Assembly: GCA_964481625.1 (NCBI GenBank)
Contig: CAYZUN010000001.1
Span: 1 to 58,255, forward strand
DNA from: an uncultured Sulfurimonas sp.
Lineage (GTDB): Bacteria; Campylobacterota; Campylobacteria; Campylobacterales; Sulfurimonadaceae
Direction of reading: 5' to 3'
DNA: 58,255 nucleotides
The number at the start of each line of letters is the position of its first letter. Positions within the stretch are counted from its first letter, which is position 1. A model generated the notes under the pieces. It did no database searches. It was not told where the DNA came from and worked only from the letters and a program-made list of their open reading frames with translations. Shown here piece after piece: positions 1-8,779 of the stretch. A program made the translations under genes and the position numbers.

Positions 1-3000
1 ACGACCATTGAGGCGGACAGTATCATAGTTATTTAAAATACAATCATTTTCATTAACTTCAAAGTTTCTTGTCACAGTATGATGACGCATTAATGATGGA
101 TCATAATCAACACGTGTCCAGTTATGATCAATAATATTGACACGATATTCCCCAACATTAGGAAGTATTGAATAAAATGCTCCACTTTTTCCATGTATAA
201 AACTTGGTTCACTGTTGTCTGCTTGAACAAAGTTCCTATTGGTAATGTCATTACAATTTACATTTCTAGCTACTACATTTGTTGTTGGATTCCAAAAAAG
301 TGTTGCATTAATCTCTTTAGGTTCAACGGTGTAATTTTGTGTTGCCAAAAAATTGAAATGATTGGTTGCTGTAAAATCAAAACGATAATTATATCTTGCA
401 GCAACATTAATGCGATTGGTTATTGTTGCCGGTGCAGATACATTTGCTTCGTAGCCATATTGTCTGGAGAGACTTCGTGGAATATTTGTCGTATTGTTGT
501 AATCTATTCCGCTATCATACATGGTAATCATAAGAGCTTCGGGTCTAATGGCAAAGTTGTCACGTGAACATGTTGCAGTAGTATAATTTTGTCTTATACA
601 GTTAAAACAATCAATACTATTAGGATTAGATCCACACGCACTGCTGGCACTACACAGAGTATGTTTTGCATTATTGTAAAGTCCATTAATGTAGTTGGTT
701 GTGCCATTTTCATCAACAACAGTCCAATTTGGAATTATGCTGTTGTTGCCATCATGAAAGTGCCAAACTCTAAAGGCGGCATTTTTAGCTGCAGAAGCAT
801 AAAAAGCAGGCCCTTGCGTTGGAATACTGGTCTTGTTAATTGCCGATGTTGTAATGGAGTTAACAAATATTGGCTGCGTAATACTTGCATCAGGATCGTT
901 ACAAGTTGAGGTATTAATATCATTAAATGAGTTAGCATTAATAATATCTACCATTACAGTGGTATTAAAGTCGAAGTCCGGTTTTTTGAATCCTCCACTT
1001 ATAAGATCTGCCTCATACAAGACTAAATCAACATTAAATGGATTTTGAGCTACTTGAGTAAATAGATTGTTATAATAGTCGTTAGTGCCATCTCTACTTG
1101 CATTAAGACCACGATCAATGACATTAAACACGCCCCATTTTGGATTGTAGCCGTTAGAAGGAGGACACCTTGTTACTTCAACACCTAATGTATATTCATA
1201 AGGAATAGGTATGGTTCCGGTTGGAGGAACAATGTAATAGTCAAGTTTTACATCAAGTGAAATGTTGGCATCACCTGAAAAGCCAGAGGGGTCAAGCTCA
1301 AATTTGGTGTACATATATTCTAATGAAGCTAAAGCACCGCTGCGATTTTGTCCATATCCAGTGGCTCCTTCTCCTAAACCAATACGCACATTGCCACTGT
1401 TTTGACAGACTCTGCTGGTGGTACCTTCATCGGTATAGTTACACGTACCGGTTACTTCAGAATAAGGGCTATAAATTGGACTATTAGGTTCAGAAATATA
1501 AGTGCTACCAGAGATGTATTGAATTTTAGAGGTGTTCATATCTGTAGAGAGTGAAATTCCTTGAACAGGGAAATCAGATTGCGTACTGCGTAAGTAAAAA
1601 CCTGCTTCAATCGGCGAAGAGGAGTCAATGTAGCCCTCAATAGTCGGTAGTCGCGATTCGTTGTTATCTTTTGAAAGATAGCGTCCATTTTGTTTATAAG
1701 TGTAGTCATAACACAGTGTTGGAGCAATCAATTCGGTCTGAAAGGCAATCATTGATGGCCAATAGGTGTCACTTTCATTGCCTGTAGCTGTCTTTATAGT
1801 AGTTGTTTTAAAATGAAATTCCATGTCGGTCTGTTTGGCTACGAGATTATCACCAATATTAAAAGTCTGAATATCAATACCGTTATTGTTTATTAGATTT
1901 GGAGCACGTCCAGCGCCTCCTGAAACGGAGGAGTCAAAGGTGTTTGTACCACTTGAGGGAAGTGTCACTACCGTGCCATCATTGTAATTAATGGTTGTTA
2001 GGGTATCAGTAGCAATATTTTTGTCACCCTCCGCCGCAAATATTGACACTGATGAAGTGATAGGATCAGTTGTATTAGGTGTGTAAAAGCCTGACACATC
2101 TACTTGAACATCATTGGGACCGGTACCCTGAATTATTTGCCAACCATCAAACACGGAAAAACTTCGAAATTTTTCTACAGGATTTAAACTATCTTCATAA
2201 ATAACAACAAGGGTCCATGCACCGTAAGCCCCGAGAGTTCCTACTCTACCTTCGGTAACCGGAACATCAGCTACTACATAAGTTCCGGCTTCCCAACCAT
2301 TAGTTTTAAAAATAGAAGTGACATCAGTAAATGCAGAATAACTGGTAAAACCGCCTATGCCTGCATCGTGCATATAGTCTAAAATATCAGGAGAGACCGT
2401 AGTGTAACTTGCACCATCTTTTTTGAGCTTAATGCTCATGGTGGTTCCAAAGTCGGTACTAAGAACCAATGCTTGCCAGTAAAGCCCTACCCACGCAATA
2501 TTAGCATCAGCAGGCATTACTAAATCTGCTGAAGTAGAGTTGTTGGTTGTTCCGGGTTCTAATTGATATTCACATAAGTAATAGTAGTTGTTGGGTTCGG
2601 TAGCATCTGTAATAAAGGTACCGTTAGTGTAGCTGTCACACATGTTACCGCTTATATCGTTAGTATTTACTGTCGATGCTGTTTGTGTTGGAGGAACCAG
2701 TACTGTGTTCCCGATGGTTTTCATATTTCCTTTTAGATACATTTGCGTGCGCAGTGTAAAATCACGGTAGTTTTCAGAGATGGCTTCTTTAACTGTTAAG
2801 GTGACGTTTGCGCTTAATGTGATGGTACCAGAGCCGTCCAAGACTTCATAGGTAAAGCTGTCAGTACCATCGTAGCCAGCATTAGGCTGATAAGTCACGC
2901 GTCCGTCCGAGAGGATAGTCGTAGTTCCATGAGAAACATCTGAGGTAATAACAACCGTAGCAGGATTCACTCCGCTATCATTTTGTAAGATGTCAATGAC

Positions 3001-3837
3001 AGTGGTAGAATTGTGTGCTACTGTTAAGGTGTCATCCGTAGCATAGGGAGGTATGTAAGTAAAAGTAAAATCAATTGAATAGGCTTGAGTTGTAGAGTAG
3101 CGTCTCTCTAAAGCAATAACTATGTGTTGATTGGCATTGACGTTAATTTGGGGTGATGATTTGCTCTGAGAATCATTCGTATTACTCCATAAATCTACGC
3201 CGCATCCATCTTTAATGAACAGAGAGTTGGCGGTGCCGCCTACCCATGAATCGATCTGAATGGTTCCTGTAACCTGAGGAGTAAAGTAGTAGTAATAAGT
3301 GTTGCCGTCTCTTATGTTGCCGCTATTAGAATCGGTAGTACTTGTCGTTGTTCCATCAAGATTACTAATAACATCACCGGGACAGCTAAGGTTAGTGGCT
3401 TCTGGAGTAAGGTCAATATCTAAATCATACGTCATCAAACTATTATATCTTCGTTCAATTTTCACGTAAACAGTAGTGCCCGCAGTCACGGAAAAAGGAG
3501 CAGGATTTTTTGTAGTTGAATCAGCCGTACCATTGTAATAGTTATTCCCGTCACAGCTAGAACCAATAAAGAGTGAATTATTTAATTTATCGGTTGAAAA
3601 GTACATATCAATCTCTGCATTAACGGCAACGGTAAATTGATAATAGTCATATTTATCGGTAGACTCGTAAACTGTTCCGCTTTCGGTATGAGATGCTGCA
3701 ACCGAAATGTTATTGAGTTCTCCAATAGTTTCAACATTGCTACAATCACCATTGAATTCAGCGTCAGCATGTAAAAACATACCAGATAATAATAATAAAG
3801 TTAAATTTAATCGAAAAAAAGATAGCAAATTTTTCAT
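1..3837 (-). CDS. Large secreted surface/adhesin-like protein, C-terminus cut by the window edge (>=1279 aa). Contains a signal peptide, two PPC-like modules, a cadherin-like (VCBS/Tandem-95 type) domain and a long Cys-containing beta-rich region (reminiscent of MshQ/DUF6701, unverified).
   Basis: Not in the supplied ORF track because it has no stop codon in the window. Hand translation of the minus strand from ATG 3837..3835 gives MKNLLSFFRLNLTLLLLSGMFLHA/DAEFNGDCS... It stayed open everywhere I spot-checked (3837-2821, 660-541, 60-1). Motifs read: DKYDYYQFTV...YVKIERRY and NTYYYYFTPQV...IALERRY (two similar modules); DDTLTVAHNSTTVIDILQNDSG...DGRVTYQPNAGYDGTDSFTYEVLDGSG; CSASSACGSNPNSIDCFNCIRQNYTTATCSRDNFAIRP. 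No competing ORF of >=60 aa is listed between 1728 and 3581. Confidence 0.8.
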   Translation of the reverse strand, partial: MKNLLSFFRLNLTLLLLSGMFLHADAEFNGDCSNVETIGELNNISVAASHTESGTVYESTDKYDYYQFTVAVNAEIDMYFSTDKLNNSLFIGSSCDGNNYYNGTADSTTKNPAPFSVTAGTTVYVKIERRYNSLMTYDLDIDLTPEATNLSCPGDVISNLDGTTTSTTDSNSGNIRDGNTYYYYFTPQVTGTIQIDSWVGGTANSLFIKDGCGVDLWSNTNDSQSKSSPQINVNANQHIVIALERRYSTTQAYSIDFTFTYIPPYATDDTLTVAHNSTTVIDILQNDSGVNPATVVITSDVSHGTTTILSDGRVTYQPNAGYDGTDSFTYEVLDGSGTITLSANVTLTVKEAISENYRDFTLRTQMYLKGNMKTIGNTVLVPPTQTASTVNTNDISGNMCDSYTNGTFITDATEPNNYYYLCEYQLEPGTTNNSTSADLVMPADANIAWVGLYWQALVLSTDFGTTMSIKLKKDGASYTTVSPDILDYMHDAGIGGFTSYSAFTDVTSIFKTNGWEAGTYVVADVPVTEGRVGTLGAYGAWTLVVIYEDSLNPVEKFRSFSVFDGWQIIQGTGPNDVQVDVSGFYTPNTTDPITSSVSIFAAEGDKNIATDTLTTINYNDGTVVTLPSSGTNTFDSSVSGGAGRAPNLINNNGIDIQTFNIGDNLVAKQTDMEFHFKTTTIKTATGNESDTYWPSMIAFQTELIAPTLCYDYTYKQNGRYLSKDNNESRLPTIEGYIDSSSPIEAGFYLRSTQSDFPVQGISLSTDMNTSKIQYISGSTYISEPNSPIYSPYSEVTGTCNYTDEGTTSRVCQNSGNVRIGLGEGATGYGQNRSGALASLEYMYTKFELDPSGFSGDANISLDVKLDYYIVPPTGTIPIPYEYTLGVEVTRCPPSNGYNPKWGVFNVIDRGLNASRDGTNDYYNNLFTQVAQNPFNVDLVLYEADLISGGFKKPDFDFNTTVMVDIINANSFNDINTSTCNDPDASITQPIFVNSITTSAINKTSIPTQGPAFYASAAKNAAFRVWHFHDGNNSIIPNWTVVDENGTTNYINGLYNNAKHTLCSASSACGSNPNSIDCFNCIRQNYTTATCSRDNFAIRPEALMITMYDSGIDYNNTTNIPRSLSRQYGYEANVSAPATITNRINVAARYNYRFDFTATNHFNFLATQNYTVEPKEINATLFWNPTTNVVARNVNCNDITNRNFVQADNSEPSFIHGKSGAFYSILPNVGEYRVNIIDHNWTRVDYDPSLMRHHTVTRNFEVNENDCILNNYDTVRLNGR

Positions 3838-3991
3838 GCATTCCCTTCTATTGCTAAATAGCCAATAGCACTAATATCGACTATTTACATGTATTTATTA
3901 ATTAATCTTCGTAATTATAAACGTATTTTTACTTTAATACGACTAAAACTTTGAATATAATTTAACGATAGATAGTTATAAAAATCTGTTT

Positions 3992-4756
3992 TTAGAGCTT
4001 TTCAGCTCTATTATAGGCACTTTCAATTGCAGCAATAAACCCTTGGCGTACGGCAGATTTTTCTAATGCACCGTAACCTGCTGCGGTGGTACCGCCCGGG
4101 CTCATGACACCATCTTTAAGCAGAGCAGGGTGAATCTCTTGAATGAGTGTACCAAAGCCATCAAAAAGACCGCGCATAAGTGTCATGGCATCATCACGTT
4201 TAAGTCCTTGTTTCACAGCACCATCAGCAAGTGCTTCAGCAACAAGCGCTAAATATGCCGGACCGCTTCCCGCAAGAGCAGTGGCAATGTCAAGCTCTTT
4301 TTCACTGTTTAACCACAATGTTGTGCCAATGGAGGCAAAAAGCTCTTGAGCCTCTATTTTACATGTAGTTTCACCTGTTAGTGTTGTCATGGATTTTCCG
4401 ACAGTAGCTGCGAGGTTTGGCATGGCTCTGACATAAGATACAGCCTCAATGTTCTGCGTTAACGTTTCAAGTGTTGTTCCAGCTAAAACAGAGTACAGTG
4501 TTTTGGCACGACCTTTTAAGAGTGATTGCATTTCAAGAATATTAGCAGGTTTGACACAAAGAATAATGGTTTTATCGGTGATATCAAAACCATTGATATC
4601 AGCTTTTAGAATTTTTACATATAAATTTTCTTCAAAAGCTTCAAGTTTACCGCTGTTACGTCCCGCTACCTCAATGTCATAACGTTCCTTCAGACTCACT
4701 GCCATTGCCATTGCCATATTGCCATTTCCAATAAATGTGATAGTTTCGCGCATCAT
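3992..4756 (-). CDS. proC: Pyrroline-5-carboxylate reductase
   Basis: 254 aa. N-terminal Rossmann motif FIGNGNMAMAMA; GSGPAYLALVAEALADGAVKQGL and MSPGGTTAAG motifs are typical of ProC. Overlaps fliW by 4 nt. Confidence 0.9.
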   Translation of the reverse strand: MMRETITFIGNGNMAMAMAVSLKERYDIEVAGRNSGKLEAFEENLYVKILKADINGFDITDKTIILCVKPANILEMQSLLKGRAKTLYSVLAGTTLETLTQNIEAVSYVRAMPNLAATVGKSMTTLTGETTCKIEAQELFASIGTTLWLNSEKELDIATALAGSGPAYLALVAEALADGAVKQGLKRDDAMTLMRGLFDGFGTLIQEIHPALLKDGVMSPGGTTAAGYGALEKSAVRQGFIAAIESAYNRAEKL

Positions 4757-5136
4757 TGAGCCTTTAAAAATGTCGAAATAGGTTCGGCAATATCAAGCGA
4801 TGCGTTATCACTAATAATGATTTGTCCCGCTTTCTTACAGCTAGTATTAAAAATTATGGGTGCAATAAAATTGACGACAGAGTTCTCAATAGGTGTTTGG
4901 ATAATAATAATATTGTAAATAAGTATATTACTGGCGTCATTAATTTCTAAGGCACTTTGAACTGATGCGGGAATCTCAAATGAGTACTCACGCAGTGCAA
5001 AAGGGTCAACCAGGGTAAAGGCAATCTTTTTAGAGTCAGGAGACTCAAGATGCATGAAAATATCGTCTATCTTTTCAAGTTTTAACTGCTTGATCTCTTC
5101 AAAACCAAGCAGAGGCTGTGTTACTTCAAATAGCAT
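4753..5136 (-). CDS. fliW: Flagellar assembly factor FliW
   Basis: 127 aa. N-terminus MLFEVTQPLLGFEEIKQLKLEKIDD..F..LES and the FTLVDPFALREYSFEIP pattern match the FliW family. The fliW-proC pairing next to bamD-lon is as I recall for Campylobacter jejuni. Confidence 0.8.
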   Translation of the reverse strand: MLFEVTQPLLGFEEIKQLKLEKIDDIFMHLESPDSKKIAFTLVDPFALREYSFEIPASVQSALEINDASNILIYNIIIIQTPIENSVVNFIAPIIFNTSCKKAGQIIISDNASLDIAEPISTFLKAQ

Positions 5137-5232
5137 AATTAGGCACCTATTGATTGTATTAGATGGGAGTATTATACAATATTTTATTTTCTTTAGCTAA
5201 AATACCATCTATTTTAAATAACGGTGTAAACG

Positions 5233-5943
5233 ATGCTAAAAAATATAATAATTTTTATAACGGCGCTGATGTTATTAACAGGTTGTCAAAAAGAGGAACC
5301 TGAGTATAATAAACCGGCAATTTACTGGTATCAGCAGATGGTTAATGCAGTTTCAAACTCTATGTTGGAAAAAGCAGATAATTTCTACAGTTCGCTTCAA
5401 AGTGAGCATATTGCTTCACCGCTTTTAAAAGAGGCGACACTGATTATGGCACAAGCGCATATGCATAATGAAGAGTATCTTTTAAGTGATCACTTCTTAA
5501 GTGAATACTTAAAGCGTTATGCTACGCAGAGTGAGCATGAGTATATCGAGTATTTACGGATGAGAGCAAAATATATGGCACTGCCAAATGCCTCACGAGA
5601 TCAAGGACTTATTACCAATGCTATTGTCACAGGTGAGAATTATAAACGCAACTATCGGCACTCTCAGTACTACAGTATTGTAGATAGTATGGTTACACGT
5701 CTTTATGTTGCACAGGGGGCATTAAATGAGAATATTGCTAAGCTTTATGATCGATTAGATAAACCTAAAGCAGCAGAGTTTTATCGTAATATTAAACCTG
5801 AATTATGGATTGTATGGGATGAAATTGAACCTGCCTCTGTACCATTTTACCGCAGCGTTTTTGAAGGTGACGGCGATGACAGCTGGTATTCTTTTGTCAT
5901 ACCTGATACCCAAAGTGTTGTCTCACGACGCACTAATAATTAA
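5233..5943 (+). CDS. bamD: Outer membrane protein assembly factor BamD (ComL-like lipoprotein)
   Basis: 236 aa. Lipobox LLTGC at the N-terminus, TPR-like helical repeats, and a position directly upstream of lon as in other Campylobacterota. Confidence 0.65.
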   Translation: MLKNIIIFITALMLLTGCQKEEPEYNKPAIYWYQQMVNAVSNSMLEKADNFYSSLQSEHIASPLLKEATLIMAQAHMHNEEYLLSDHFLSEYLKRYATQSEHEYIEYLRMRAKYMALPNASRDQGLITNAIVTGENYKRNYRHSQYYSIVDSMVTRLYVAQGALNENIAKLYDRLDKPKAAEFYRNIKPELWIVWDEIEPASVPFYRSVFEGDGDDSWYSFVIPDTQSVVSRRTNN

Positions 5944-5967
5944 AATATAAATTTTAGGATTATTATA

Positions 5968-8391
5968 ATGCAATTAAGCAGTTATGGAGAATTTCCACAA
6001 ACACTACCCATTATTTCCGAAGAGGAGATTTTTTTATATCCTTTTATGATTTCACCGCTTTTTTTAAGTGATGATGAAAATATTAATGCAGCAACAGATG
6101 CAATCGAGAGCGATTCATTGGTAATTGTATGCCCGACTAAACCTCAAAGTGACGGAAGTCACAATTTTGAGAACATTTACGATGCCGGGGTGATTGGCTC
6201 AATAATGCGAAAAGTATCACTGCCTGATGGACGCATTAAAATTTTGTTTCAAGGTCTTGCCCGTGGCCGTGTGCTACAAGAAGTTGAGGGTGACTATTTA
6301 AAAGGTGTGGTAAGTATTATTGAACCGCAAGCCGGTAATGCCCTGAAAATGGAGGCCATCTTAGAAGTAGTGCGTGAAAAGGTGCGCATACTTTCTCAAA
6401 TTAGCAGCTATTTTCCTCCTGATCTACTTCGTACCATTGAAGAGAATCATGAGCATAGCCGTATTGCTGATTTGATTTGTAGTTCGATTAAACTAAAAAA
6501 AGATCAGGCATATAAACTCTTTATTGAAGAGAATATTGAACAGCGATTTTTGATGTTGATTGATTATTTAATCGAAGAGATTGAAGCCAATAAACTTCAA
6601 AAAGAGATTCGCTCTAAAGTACATACAAAAATTGAAAGGGTCAATAAAGAATACTTTTTAAAAGAGCAACTCAAGCAGATTCAACGTGAACTTGGAACCG
6701 ATACTCAGCGTGAAGAAGAGATTGAAGAGTACAAAGAGAAGCTTGAAGCTAAAAAAAAGGATATGAGCCAAGAGGCGTATAAAGAGACCAACAAGCAGAT
6801 TGAACGTTATGCTCGAATGCACCCTGACTCTGCCGATGCGGGAATGATTCAGAGTTATTTAGAGTGGGTATTGGAGATTCCTTTTGGTGATGTAGCAAAA
6901 AAACCACTCAAAATTCAAGATGTTGAAGCGCAGTTAGACAATGACCACTTTTCGCTTACAAAACCTAAAGAGCGTATTTCCGAATTTTTCTCGGTTAAAG
7001 AGCTGCTTGAGCTTCGAGGTATTAAAGATCGAGAAGGCAACGGAGCCATTCTTTGCTTTGTAGGCCCTCCGGGTGTGGGTAAGACCTCTTTAGCCAATTC
7101 GATTGCCCAAGCTTTGAAACGTCCGTTAGTTCGTATTGCTCTGGGCGGTTTAGAAGATGTTAATGAGCTTCGAGGACATCGTCGTACTTACATTGGTGCG
7201 ATGCCCGGACGTATTGTTCAAGGTCTCATTGATGCAAAGAAGATGAATCCGGTAATCGTTCTTGATGAGATTGATAAAGTAGGACGCTCTCAACGGGGTG
7301 ATCCTACCGCAGTACTATTGGAAATTTTAGATCCGGAGCAAAATAACCATTTTAGAGATTACTATCTGAATTTTAGTATTGATTTAAGTAGAGTGATTTT
7401 TATTGCTACGGCAAATGATCTTGGAGGTATTCCTGCACCTCTGCGTGATCGTATGGAATTTATTCATATTAGTAGTTATACGCCTCAAGAGAAGTTTGAG
7501 ATTGCAAAGCGTTACTTAATTCCGCAAGAGCTTAAAAAGCACGGACTTAAAGCCAGAGAGGTTAATATTACCAAAGCGGCACTTTGTGAAATTGTTGAAA
7601 AATATACTCGTGAAGCCGGAGTACGAAACTTGCGTCGTCGTATTGCAGATATCATTCGTAAATCTGCTAAGATTATTTTAGAAGATGCTTCCATTTTAAA
7701 AGTTACCGTCAATCTCAAAAATATTAAAGAGTTTTTGGACAAAATAGTTTTTGAAATTGAACCCAGTGGCGGTGTAGCACAACTCGGAATTGTCAATGGT
7801 TTGGCTTGGACTTCCGTTGGCGGTGATGTCTTAAAGATTGAGACTGTCAAAATCAAAGGCAAAGGAACACTAAAACTTACCGGTAGTCTTGGTGACGTTA
7901 TGAAAGAGTCTGTTCATATTGCACTCAGTGTGATTAAGACACTCATTGACAGTGGTATTTTAGATGTTGATCATGCAATTATTCCTAAAACATTTAAAGA
8001 AAAAGAGGAAGATATTGTACTTGATGCGAGTGAAGTTTACAAACGCTACGATTTACATGTACATGTTCCAGCGGGTGCGACTCCAAAGGATGGTCCCAGT
8101 GCCGGTATTGCTATGGCAACGGCAATAGGGTCAATTTTGAGTAATAAAAAAGTGCGCGCCGATATTGCCATGACAGGAGAAGTGTCACTTACCGGAGATG
8201 TCCTTCCCATCGGTGGGCTTAAAGAAAAACTCATTGCAGCTCATCGTGCAAAAATGTGTAAAGTATTGATTCCAGAGAAAAATTACGAGCGTGACTTGGA
8301 TGATCTGCCAACTGAAGTAACCCAAAATTTAGAGATCATCGGAGTAAAACGTATTGAAGAAGTACTGGAGATGATGCTGATTCAAAGATAA
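5968..8391 (+). CDS. lon: ATP-dependent Lon protease
   Basis: 807 aa. LON N-domain, Walker A GPPGVGKTS, Walker B VLDEIDK, and a proteolytic domain with PKDGPSAGIAMATAI (catalytic Ser). Confidence 0.97.
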   Translation: MQLSSYGEFPQTLPIISEEEIFLYPFMISPLFLSDDENINAATDAIESDSLVIVCPTKPQSDGSHNFENIYDAGVIGSIMRKVSLPDGRIKILFQGLARGRVLQEVEGDYLKGVVSIIEPQAGNALKMEAILEVVREKVRILSQISSYFPPDLLRTIEENHEHSRIADLICSSIKLKKDQAYKLFIEENIEQRFLMLIDYLIEEIEANKLQKEIRSKVHTKIERVNKEYFLKEQLKQIQRELGTDTQREEEIEEYKEKLEAKKKDMSQEAYKETNKQIERYARMHPDSADAGMIQSYLEWVLEIPFGDVAKKPLKIQDVEAQLDNDHFSLTKPKERISEFFSVKELLELRGIKDREGNGAILCFVGPPGVGKTSLANSIAQALKRPLVRIALGGLEDVNELRGHRRTYIGAMPGRIVQGLIDAKKMNPVIVLDEIDKVGRSQRGDPTAVLLEILDPEQNNHFRDYYLNFSIDLSRVIFIATANDLGGIPAPLRDRMEFIHISSYTPQEKFEIAKRYLIPQELKKHGLKAREVNITKAALCEIVEKYTREAGVRNLRRRIADIIRKSAKIILEDASILKVTVNLKNIKEFLDKIVFEIEPSGGVAQLGIVNGLAWTSVGGDVLKIETVKIKGKGTLKLTGSLGDVMKESVHIALSVIKTLIDSGILDVDHAIIPKTFKEKEEDIVLDASEVYKRYDLHVHVPAGATPKDGPSAGIAMATAIGSILSNKKVRADIAMTGEVSLTGDVLPIGGLKEKLIAAHRAKMCKVLIPEKNYERDLDDLPTEVTQNLEIIGVKRIEEVLEMMLIQR

Positions 8392-8398
8392 GAAAAGA

Positions 8399-8779
8399 TT
8401 AAATAGAAGTCCACCTCATAATTTTACCCATCACATCTTTTTCTCTGATGGGCTTCATTAAAAAATCGTTAGCACCACACTCTAACGCTTCTGTTTTTTT
8501 TGTCTCATCTGTGGTTAAAACAATAACCGGTATCGCTTTGAGTTCATCATCGGCACGTATGACTTTAAGCATCTCAATACCGCCCATCACAGGCATAATA
8601 ATATCAAGAAGTACCAGATCAATACCAGGCTGTGTTTTTAAAACAGCAATCGCATCAGCACCATTTTTGGCTTCAATAACCTCTGCAATTGAATCAGACT
8701 TACGTAACATTGACTTCAGAAGTTTTAAGTTAATCATGTCATCATCAACAGCTAATATTTTCAGGTTTGTTTTTGTCAT
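8399..8779 (-). CDS. Single-domain response regulator (CheY-like receiver)
   Basis: 126 aa. ILAVDDD..., LVLLDIIMPVMGG, VIVLTT and K-P motifs of a REC domain. Overlaps the upstream kinase gene by 1 nt. Confidence 0.9.
   Translation of the reverse strand: MTKTNLKILAVDDDMINLKLLKSMLRKSDSIAEVIEAKNGADAIAVLKTQPGIDLVLLDIIMPVMGGIEMLKVIRADDELKAIPVIVLTTDETKKTEALECGANDFLMKPIREKDVMGKIMRWTSI

Noticed and set aside
193-1727. ORF-track entries 193..567, 589..909, 735..938, 833..1048, 1221..1487, 1536..1727 (and 3582..3770)
   Set aside because: All lie inside, mostly antisense to, the continuous minus-strand frame 1..3837, or in a different frame from it. Their translations are low-complexity (Cys/Ile-rich) with no motifs, so I treat them as shadow ORFs.
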